From Bacilli bacterium (GTDB lineage: Bacteria > Bacillota_I > Bacilli_A > RFN20 > CAG-449): a stretch of 64,000 nt of DNA. The stretch is from the NCBI GenBank assembly GCA_048359995.1, contig DBGCPK010000017.1:137240-201239 (forward strand), in the 5' to 3' direction. Shown one piece after another: positions 56,556 through 64,000 of the stretch; positions within the stretch are counted from its first letter, which is position 1; every line of letters begins with the position of its first letter. The position numbers were made by a program, and so were the translations under genes. The notes beneath the pieces are model-generated. The model had not been told where the DNA came from and made no database searches. It worked only from the letters and a program-made list of their open reading frames with translations.

Positions 56556-58223
56556 TTATTCTTCCTTCAAACTATTTTTAAAATTGACCAGAGCGATTTT
56601 GGCTTCGGCCGTCGATTCGCCCAAAAGGGAAGCGATTTCCTGCACTGCGGCCATCTGTTTGTTGATAACTTGATCGGTAACTTCGATCATTTCCTTTCGC
56701 AGCGCTTTCATCTTTTCGTCGTCGAGGGTTTCGCGGGTTACGTCTTTATAAATGGCGAAAGCCACGCCGTGTTCCTTGACGATCGTAATCGAGACGTCGA
56801 AATACTTTTGATTCCGGTCGTTGAAGACGACGACGGAATCCACGTTTTCGCCCTTTTCCATCGCGATCATCAACTCGGGAAGATCGATGAATTCCTGATA
56901 AAAGCGCCCGATGGCGTTTTTGTCGATTTGAAGATATTCAAAAGACCGTGCATTGGCATCGACCAAAATTCCTTCGCGATTGATCGTGATGATTCCGTTC
57001 GGGGTATGAGTGATGATTTCGTTGGAGATCGATTCGGCTTTGTTTTTCAGATAAGGAAGGCAGTATTCCGGATCGGCCAAACCGTTGAATACGGCAATCG
57101 CCTTTTCGCGGCACGTGTTGTAACCGCAGGCGCCGCAGTTGATTTCGTCTTCTTTCCGATACTTGAATATGCGGTTGAGAATCTTGCGAATTTCTGCTTC
57201 ACTCGGTATTTTCATGTGATTGACCAAAGGAGGATAAGTGTGCGAAAGATCGACCTCGCCGCGGCTCTCTTCGATCGGGCATCCGCGATCTTTTTTCGCA
57301 TATCGGCGAACCAGATAATTGTCCTTGATCTTGTTGTTTTCGGAAATCCGCGCCGGTCCGTTGACGCATCCGCCTTCGCACATATTCATTTCGATGAAAA
57401 GGTGATCGAGTTCGTCGATGTTTTCCAAGATATCCTTGATCGCCGCCACCCCGTCGATTGTGACAAAGTCGTAATTTTCGTGCGTCGAAACAAAAGATTT
57501 GATGATCCCCCGCTGAATCGGATAGAATCTCGCCGGATTGCGGGACGGTTCGTCTTCGCTTTCTTCAAAACCGATATTGTGAAGGGCGAACATCTTCGCG
57601 ATCTCCTCGAAAGTCAATGCATATTCGACGAAAGGGGATTCTTTCGCTTCTTTTTTCTTGGCGATGCACGGACCGACGAAGACGACTTTGACTTCTTCTC
57701 CGAGTTCTTTTTTGATGATCTCGGCGTGAGCGATCATCGGCGAAACGACAGGCGCGACATATTTCAAAGCGTCCGGATAATTTCTTTGAATGAAAGCAAC
57801 GGCGGAAGGACAGGCGGTGGATATCAACGAACGGAAAGCGCCTCCGTCAAGCAGAGAACCATAGGCTTTGGTGACGAAATACGCGCCGACAGCCGTCTCT
57901 TCGACGTAAGCGAAGCCGAGTTTCTTGCAGGCGGAAGCGAAAGAGGAGAAAGAAGAAACGCCGAAATTCGCGATAAAAGAAGGCGCAACGCTTAATGCGA
58001 CACGTCCCGGAAATTCGCGGATCAGGCGTTCGACATTTTCGACATCGGAGACGACCCTTTTGGCGTTCTGCGGGCATACATTCACGCAATGTCCGCAGAG
58101 AATGCAGTTTTCTTCGACGATCTCGGCTTTATTATCGACAAATCGTATGGCTTTGACGGGACATTTTCTCAAACAGGAGTAGCAATCCTTGCAGGAACTG
58201 CTTTCAAAAGAAAGATACTTCAT
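56556..58223 (-). CDS. hydS: Sensory-type [FeFe]-hydrogenase with C-terminal PAS domain (HydS/HfsB-like)
   Basis: Two N-terminal 4Fe-4S motifs. H-cluster motifs STACPSA, VGPCIAKKKEA and EMNMCEGGCVNGP. Extra CGACGYNTC cluster. C-terminal PAS. Confidence 0.8.
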   Translation of the reverse strand: MKYLSFESSSCKDCYSCLRKCPVKAIRFVDNKAEIVEENCILCGHCVNVCPQNAKRVVSDVENVERLIREFPGRVALSVAPSFIANFGVSSFSSFASACKKLGFAYVEETAVGAYFVTKAYGSLLDGGAFRSLISTACPSAVAFIQRNYPDALKYVAPVVSPMIAHAEIIKKELGEEVKVVFVGPCIAKKKEAKESPFVEYALTFEEIAKMFALHNIGFEESEDEPSRNPARFYPIQRGIIKSFVSTHENYDFVTIDGVAAIKDILENIDELDHLFIEMNMCEGGCVNGPARISENNKIKDNYLVRRYAKKDRGCPIEESRGEVDLSHTYPPLVNHMKIPSEAEIRKILNRIFKYRKEDEINCGACGYNTCREKAIAVFNGLADPEYCLPYLKNKAESISNEIITHTPNGIITINREGILVDANARSFEYLQIDKNAIGRFYQEFIDLPELMIAMEKGENVDSVVVFNDRNQKYFDVSITIVKEHGVAFAIYKDVTRETLDDEKMKALRKEMIEVTDQVINKQMAAVQEIASLLGESTAEAKIALVNFKNSLKEE

Positions 58224-58226
58224 ACA

Positions 58227-58472
58227 TTACCTCAACGCGCTCAGGACTTTTTCCGCGAAAATCACGTCGACGTTGTCCGCGTTGACGCCGTAAACCGGTT
58301 GCTGATCGATCATCATCGAAACTCCTTCGGCGCAATGACCTAAGCAGAACGAGGCGGAGAGTTCGATGCGGTTTTCCGGATCGTGAATGCGGATCAGTTC
58401 TTGAATTCGGGTGATCACTTCCCGACTGCCTTTCAGATGACAGGACGATCCGACGCAAATGGATATTTTCAT
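58227..58472 (-). CDS. Small thioredoxin-like [2Fe-2S] ferredoxin (NuoE-like half)
   Basis: CVGSSC ... CLGHC in an 81-aa product. AAGAGG RBS. Confidence 0.6.
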   Translation of the reverse strand: MKISICVGSSCHLKGSREVITRIQELIRIHDPENRIELSASFCLGHCAEGVSMMIDQQPVYGVNADNVDVIFAEKVLSALR

Positions 58473-58841
58473 AAAAAGACCTCTTTTTCATTATAATACA
58501 ATCGACGGCAAAAAAAAATAATTTCGAAAACGGAAGAAGGGAAATCCTAAAAACCGAAGAATCAACGAAATTACAACGAAAATCAATCGATAAACGGAAT
58601 GGCGCGCATCTGATCTTTGACCTGCGCATTTTCATATTCGGTTATCCTATCATTTTTCGTACACGATAACCACAATGATATTCCGCCATCTTTACCTTTC
58701 ATCTTCATTTGCACCATTTTATTAAGTTCCGATCATATGTCACACTCGTTCTCGGTGTTTCACCCTATTTTTGAGCGGATTGTGTGGATTATTTGCCGGA
58801 TAAATGGTAGAATAAATTTCGATTGAACGGGATGTGGAAGA

Positions 58842-59699
58842 TTGAAAATAAGAAATGCGATAAAGGAAGTATCGAATATCTATCCGAATGGATCATTTGA
58901 TATGGGCGAGTGGAAAAAATATATCCGCCGAGTCAATCCCGAACTCGAAGAATTGTGCTTAAAAGATATGCATGAAACAACCGATTCGGGTTTGTATATT
59001 TTTGAAAAAGATTTTTTGCCGGTACTGAATTCAATTCCTCGCGAACCAACCAAGGTAAATGAATTGATAGAGAATTTTAATTCCGTTACGGCGAATTTGG
59101 AAGAAAAGACGATCCGCGCGTTCGGAAAATCCGTTGAGGTGGAAATAATTCTTTATGTAGGATTGTGCAACGGTGCGGGATGGGTGATAAATATCGACGA
59201 TAAAACATACTGTTTATTGGGAGTCGAAAAGATATTGGAACTTAACTGGTACGATAAAGATTCGCTGAATGGACTCATTTATCACGAAATCGGACATGTA
59301 TATCAAAATCAATACGGCGTATTGGAAAGAGAATTCGATAACGGCAGGCAACGATTTTTATGGCAATTATTCACTGAAGGGATAGCCATGTATTTTGAAC
59401 AGACTTTGATCAACGACTTTAATTATTATCATCAAAATAAAGGCGGTTGGTTGGATTGGTGCGATCATCATTTAAAACGAATAAAAAAGGATTTTTACGA
59501 CGAATTAGGCAAGATGACATTCGATAATCAAAGATATTTCGGAGATTGGGTATCCTACGAAGGTCATAATGATGTGGGGTATTATTTAGGAACAAAATTT
59601 GTTCAATTCATATGCGGCATATACAGTTTTGACGACGCTTTATCTTTCGATATCGATCTCGTCGAAAGATTATATTTCGATTTTTTAAATTCAAACTAA
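58842..59699 (+). CDS. Putative Zn-dependent peptidase (HEIGH motif; DUF2268-like)
   Basis: GLIYHEIGHVYQ. Confidence 0.5.
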   Translation: MKIRNAIKEVSNIYPNGSFDMGEWKKYIRRVNPELEELCLKDMHETTDSGLYIFEKDFLPVLNSIPREPTKVNELIENFNSVTANLEEKTIRAFGKSVEVEIILYVGLCNGAGWVINIDDKTYCLLGVEKILELNWYDKDSLNGLIYHEIGHVYQNQYGVLEREFDNGRQRFLWQLFTEGIAMYFEQTLINDFNYYHQNKGGWLDWCDHHLKRIKKDFYDELGKMTFDNQRYFGDWVSYEGHNDVGYYLGTKFVQFICGIYSFDDALSFDIDLVERLYFDFLNSN

Positions 59700-59769
59700 T
59701 GACTTTATTTCGTTTTTGCTGGTATAATGAAAATAAAGATAGAAGAATACTATCGGATAGGAGGTAAAA

Positions 59770-60252
59770 ATGCTATTGGCGTCCGTATTAAACGAATCTT
59801 GGTTTTTCATCGCTGTCTGGATTGCCGTATTCGTGATCGCGCTGATCATCGAACTGGCAACCGAACAATTGATCAGCATTTGGTTCGCGGGCTCTTCCTT
59901 GATCGCCTTGCTTTTGGCTGTCCTTGATGTTCACTGGGCAATTCAGTTGATCGTCTTCGCCGTTGTCGCGGCAATAGCCGTAGGCGTCACACAATATTTA
60001 ATGGTAAAAAAGAAGAGCAATGTCGAATTGAGAACCAATGCCGATGCGATGATCGGAGAAAAGTTAATTGTCCTCGAAAAAGTGGATTCCGATCATTTGG
60101 GCGAAGGAAAATTCCGCGGTTTGTTTTGGAGTTTGAAAAGCGATCAGGTCATCGAAAAGGGCGAATACGCGAGAATCGTCCGCATCGATGGAAACAAACT
60201 GATCGTGGAGAAAGTTTGCGAAGAATCGCAAGAAAGCGAAAGAAAGGAATAA
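59770..60252 (+). CDS. NfeD family membrane protein
   Basis: N-terminal TM helices and a C-terminal OB-fold-like beta domain. Directly precedes the SPFH gene. Confidence 0.8.
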   Translation: MLLASVLNESWFFIAVWIAVFVIALIIELATEQLISIWFAGSSLIALLLAVLDVHWAIQLIVFAVVAAIAVGVTQYLMVKKKSNVELRTNADAMIGEKLIVLEKVDSDHLGEGKFRGLFWSLKSDQVIEKGEYARIVRIDGNKLIVEKVCEESQESERKE

Positions 60253-60256
60253 TTTT

Positions 60257-61204
60257 ATGAAAAATCTACTTTTAATGGATACCGGCGCGATCGTCGGCAT
60301 CGTCGTTCTATCCTTCGTGCTTCTGATGTTAATTGTCGTGATCATCCGTTGCTTTACAATTGTACCTCAGGCGCATACGATCATCGTAGAACGATTGGGA
60401 AAATACAATCGCACGTTGGAGGCGGGATTCCACGCGACGATTCCGTTTATCGAAAAGCGGGTTTCCAGAGTCTCTTTGAAAGAAAAAGTGGCCGATTTCC
60501 CTCCTCAGCCGGTGATTACGAAAGATAACGTTACGATGCAAATCGACACGGTTGTCTACTATCAGATCACCGATCCGCGACTCTATACCTACGGCGTCGA
60601 ACGGCCGATGTCGGCGATCGAAAATTTGACGGCGACTACCTTGCGGAATCTGATCGGCGATTTGGAACTCGACCAGACGTTGACTTCGCGCGATACGATC
60701 AACCATCAGATGCGCTCGATTCTCGACGAAGCGACCGATCCTTGGGGAATTAAAGTAAACCGAGTCGAGTTGAAAAACATTCTCCCTCCGAGAGATATTC
60801 AGGAAGCGATGGAGAAACAGATGCGAGCCGAACGTCAGAAACGTGAAGCGATTTTGCGGGCCGACGGCGAAAAACAAGCGGCGATTCTCTCCGCTCAGGG
60901 CGAAAAAGAGGCGGCAATTCTCCGCGCCGACGCGAAGAAAACCGCGATGATTAAAGAGGCGGAAGGACACGCGGAAGCGCTGCTGAAAGTTTACGAGGCT
61001 CAGGCCAAAGGTATCGAATTGATCAATAATAGCAATCCGAATACGGCTTACGTTACGTTGAAAGGATTCGAAGCTCTGGAAAAAGTGGCGAACGGCAACG
61101 CCACGAAACTGATCATTCCGAGCGAAATTCAGAATGTTACGGGTTTATTGGCGAGTTTAAAGGAAGTCGTCGCCGATTCTCCGAAAGAAAAAAAGAGCAA
61201 ATAA
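60257..61204 (+). CDS. SPFH/band-7 (stomatin-like) protein
   Basis: Stomatin core. C-terminal repeats EAILRADGEKQAAILSAQGEKEAAILRAD. Confidence 0.9.
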   Translation: MKNLLLMDTGAIVGIVVLSFVLLMLIVVIIRCFTIVPQAHTIIVERLGKYNRTLEAGFHATIPFIEKRVSRVSLKEKVADFPPQPVITKDNVTMQIDTVVYYQITDPRLYTYGVERPMSAIENLTATTLRNLIGDLELDQTLTSRDTINHQMRSILDEATDPWGIKVNRVELKNILPPRDIQEAMEKQMRAERQKREAILRADGEKQAAILSAQGEKEAAILRADAKKTAMIKEAEGHAEALLKVYEAQAKGIELINNSNPNTAYVTLKGFEALEKVANGNATKLIIPSEIQNVTGLLASLKEVVADSPKEKKSK

Positions 61205-61267
61205 ACGAAGGGTCCGTTTCTCAAAAGCGGACTCTTTCTTCATCGTTAGGATGAAAGGAGAGAGATC

Positions 61268-62803
61268 TTGATGAAAAAAAGAATACTGAAAAGCGCGATC
61301 GTGCTTCCTTTGGTTTTTTTCTTGTCCGGCTGCCGGTTGATCGGTTTTGACGGCGATTCAAAGGCACCTTCTTTGGATTTAGGTGAATACGCGGGAAATC
61401 GGATTACGCTGGAAATGATCAACCGTTCACAAGGCGTCGTCGGTTTTCCGTCGACCGGAGAGCAGAAGATACTGGTACTTCCGGTCTGTTTTGAAGATTA
61501 CACTTTGGAGAAACTGGCGCTCGATGAAACCGAAGTCGTCGCGAACATCGAAAAGGCGATGTTCGCTCAAAGCGAGGAAACGGGTTGGGAATCGGTCTCT
61601 TCATACTACTCGAAAAGCAGCTATGGCAAACTGAATATCACCGGAGTAGTCGGAGATGTTTTCGTCTTGGATAAAACGTTAAAAGAAGTGGCCTATCTTA
61701 CTTCGACGAAAATAGATTCTTACGATCCGACCTATTACGTCGTGGAAAGTGCGCTGGAACATTTCAAATCGACTTATACGGGCGATATCAAAAGTTTCGA
61801 CAACGACAAAGACGGTTACATCGATGCCGTATGGCTCATATATCTGAACCCGTACTATTCCGATTCTTTTTCTTCCTATTATCTGAAAACGGATTCTTCC
61901 TTTGCTTCGGCTACTTATCAAGACAAAGCGTCCTCGCTTCTTTGGGCGTATACCTATTGGAATTACCAGTCGAAAGCCGATCTTTCATCCCCGACTTCTT
62001 TTTCTTACAGTTGGGCTTCCTACCAGTTTCTCTTTGACGGAGGTTACGAAAAAGAGGGCGTCGATTTGGTTGACGCGCATACGTTTATCCATGAAACGGG
62101 GCATCTTTTCGGGCTGGACGATTATTACAATTACGATTACGGGGTAGAAGATCGAACATCTCCGACCGGCGCGATCGATATGATGGATAACAACGTCGGC
62201 GATCACAACGCGTACAGCAAATATCTCTTAAACTGGATATCTCCGAAACTGATCAAGGAAAGCGGCACTTTTCATTTGGATTCCTTTACCGAAACCGGCG
62301 ATTCGCTTCTTTTGCCTTTGAATATCGGCACTTACAACGATAGCCCTTTCGATCGATATCTGCTCTTCGAATACTATACGCCAACCGGTCTCAATGCGTT
62401 GGACAGCCGAAACGCCTACGATAACGGTATCTTAATGCCGAATGAATCGGGAATGCGGATATACTATGTCGACGCGCGGCTGATTCTTTTGAGTTACTCG
62501 CCGCTTTACGGTTGGATCAACAAAGGATATAGTTCGGAGTATTGCAATACCGACGAGCGGTATACCTTGATTGGGGCGAACAATACGCCGAGTTATTCCT
62601 ATACCGGCGAGAGGCTGATCACGCTTCTTTCCAGTCAGCACCCTCAGAAGAACTATTTCTATCAGGATCGCTTCGACGGTTCGGCGAACGTTTCCGATTT
62701 GTTCACGGAAAAGGACACTTTTTCACTTTATCTCGAAAAGGGAAGTTCGATCTCTTTTGTCTCCGCGGGCGAAGGAATGGACGTCGTCTATTCGGAAAAC
62801 TGA
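61268..62803 (+). CDS. Lipoprotein zinc metalloprotease (HExxH, M6/InhA-like)
   Basis: Lipobox LSGC. FIHETGHLFGLDDYYNYD. Confidence 0.55.
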   Translation: MMKKRILKSAIVLPLVFFLSGCRLIGFDGDSKAPSLDLGEYAGNRITLEMINRSQGVVGFPSTGEQKILVLPVCFEDYTLEKLALDETEVVANIEKAMFAQSEETGWESVSSYYSKSSYGKLNITGVVGDVFVLDKTLKEVAYLTSTKIDSYDPTYYVVESALEHFKSTYTGDIKSFDNDKDGYIDAVWLIYLNPYYSDSFSSYYLKTDSSFASATYQDKASSLLWAYTYWNYQSKADLSSPTSFSYSWASYQFLFDGGYEKEGVDLVDAHTFIHETGHLFGLDDYYNYDYGVEDRTSPTGAIDMMDNNVGDHNAYSKYLLNWISPKLIKESGTFHLDSFTETGDSLLLPLNIGTYNDSPFDRYLLFEYYTPTGLNALDSRNAYDNGILMPNESGMRIYYVDARLILLSYSPLYGWINKGYSSEYCNTDERYTLIGANNTPSYSYTGERLITLLSSQHPQKNYFYQDRFDGSANVSDLFTEKDTFSLYLEKGSSISFVSAGEGMDVVYSEN

Positions 62804-62857
62804 AAACAAAGGCTTTTCTTGTCTTTGGTTTTTTGTTAAAATTAACAATGTGATAAA

Positions 62858-63484
62858 ATGAACTTCGATTATATTTTTTTTGATTTCAACGGAACGATTC
62901 TCGACGACGTCGATCTTTGCCTGAATCTCTTGAACGAGATGCTGGAAGAAAAGCGATTGAAAAAAATCGACAAAGAAAGATATCGGGAGATTTTTACTTT
63001 TCCGATCGTCGATTATTACCGCGCGGCAGGATTCGACTTTACAAAATACTCTTTCGACGAACTGGCTCTTCGATTCATCGAAGAATATCAACCTGCCAGT
63101 TTGAAATGTCCTATGTATCCCCATTTAATCGCGCTTTTGAAACGGTGGAGGAGCGAAGGAAAACATCTTTTCGTCCTCAGCGCCAGCGAAATTCACAACT
63201 TGAAAGAGCAATTGGATCATTTCGGCATTGCCGGTTACTTCGATGAGATTTTGGCTACATCGGACATTTACGCGTCGGGAAAGAAGCAAATCGCCGCGGA
63301 CTTTCTCTTTAAAGAAAGGATACCTCCGGAACGATGTCTGTTCATCGGCGATACCTTGCACGATTTTCAGATCGCCGATTCGCTGCATTGCGCTTCGGTT
63401 CTGGTCGACTTCGGTCATCAAAGCCGCGAAAGGCTTCTTTCCACGGGTAGCAGGGTCATCGCTTCTTACGAGGAATTGCTGTGA
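62858..63484 (+). CDS. HAD-IA hydrolase
   Basis: FFDFNGTILDD. Confidence 0.7.
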   Translation: MNFDYIFFDFNGTILDDVDLCLNLLNEMLEEKRLKKIDKERYREIFTFPIVDYYRAAGFDFTKYSFDELALRFIEEYQPASLKCPMYPHLIALLKRWRSEGKHLFVLSASEIHNLKEQLDHFGIAGYFDEILATSDIYASGKKQIAADFLFKERIPPERCLFIGDTLHDFQIADSLHCASVLVDFGHQSRERLLSTGSRVIASYEELL

Positions 63485-64000
63485 TCAAGGCAGTTCTTTT
63501 CGATTTGGACGGTACGTTGATCGACGACGAAAGGTTTACCATCACTTCCAAAATCATCGAGGGAAAGAAGATCGGTTACGATATCGACGAAGCGACGGCG
63601 AAGAGAAGTCTGGGAATGTCTTACGATAATTCGAAGAGGTATTTCCGCGATCTTTACGGCGCGGATTTTCCTTTTGATTTCTTTCGACGGAAGCGTTTCG
63701 AATACATCGTGGACGATATGCGGAAAAACGGTATCCGATGGAAAGAGGGCGCGGAAGAAATCGTCGCGTTCTGCCGTAAAAACGGGATCAAGACCGCGAT
63801 CTGCACGTCGAGCAGCCGAAAGTATCTGAATGCTTATGCGTCTTTTACAAACCTCTTTTCCGAAATCGACCGGATAGTTTCCGGAGAAGATGTGAAAAAA
63901 GGGAAACCGGATCCGGAAATCTTTCGGATTCCCATCGAAGAATTCGGAATCCGCAGCGAGGAAGCGCTGGTGGTCGAAGATTCGCACAACGGCGTTCGGG
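63481..64000 (+). CDS. HAD-IA hydrolase (3' partial at window edge)
   Basis: GTG start overlaps the upstream stop. LFDLDGTLIDD. Confidence 0.7.
   Translation, partial: MIKAVLFDLDGTLIDDERFTITSKIIEGKKIGYDIDEATAKRSLGMSYDNSKRYFRDLYGADFPFDFFRRKRFEYIVDDMRKNGIRWKEGAEEIVAFCRKNGIKTAICTSSSRKYLNAYASFTNLFSEIDRIVSGEDVKKGKPDPEIFRIPIEEFGIRSEEALVVEDSHNGVR

Noticed and set aside
56670-57995. 441-aa + strand ORF opposite hydS
   Set aside because: Antisense shadow. hydS carries unmistakable H-cluster motifs on the minus strand.
58473-58841. Searched the hydrogenase operon upstream region for a Rex operator (TTGTGAAnnnnTTCACAA)
   Set aside because: No convincing match by eye. Only a -10-like TATAAT close to the first start codon was seen. 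A Rex site cannot be asserted.
1-64000. CRISPR arrays, rRNA genes, transposase/IS elements, integrase genes
   Set aside because: No short regularly spaced repeats, rRNA-like segments or transposase/integrase ORFs were seen. The only repeat structure is the 101-bp pair at the tRNA-Gly islet.

Overview
This 64-kb window is a chromosomal segment of a low-GC, Gram-positive-type anaerobe. Evidence for that: Firmicutes-like gene content, LxxC lipobox lipoproteins, and standard genetic code with TGA used as a stop. Most of it is ordinary housekeeping DNA. Recognisable genes include pnp, a type I pullulanase lipoprotein, a heterodimeric ABC exporter pair, psuG, a dnaE-polA-fpg/coaE block, rpsU, a PuuR-like regulator followed by potABCD, trxA, apbC/mrp, glnA, a U32 peptidase-like pair, degV, malQ, tRNA-Gly(GCC), tRNA-Glu(CTC) and an NfeD-SPFH pair. 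Four regions stand out. (1) A 977-bp islet sits between 101-bp direct repeats that each contain the 3' end of tRNA-Gly. It has no integrase. It carries a candidate type I toxin-antitoxin locus: a 25-aa hydrophobic peptide whose Shine-Dalgarno is buried in a hairpin, plus a convergent consensus promoter. (2) A six-gene minus-strand operon encodes a sensory [FeFe]-hydrogenase (HydS-like, with C-terminal PAS domain) and a PP2C phosphatase directly upstream of hydC-hydB-hydA. The HydB/NuoF-like subunit lacks the FMN and NADH signatures. (3) An NifU-like plus GGGtGRT gene pair is followed by a tight operon of five unknown secreted or membrane proteins behind an ArpU/sigma region-4-like gene. (4) Other oddities are an in-frame Fpg-CoaE fusion, an ABC ATPase remnant between two paralogous small 2-TM proteins, and over-long PotA and PotD. 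All calls are made by eye from the sequence and the ORF track. No database searches were run.
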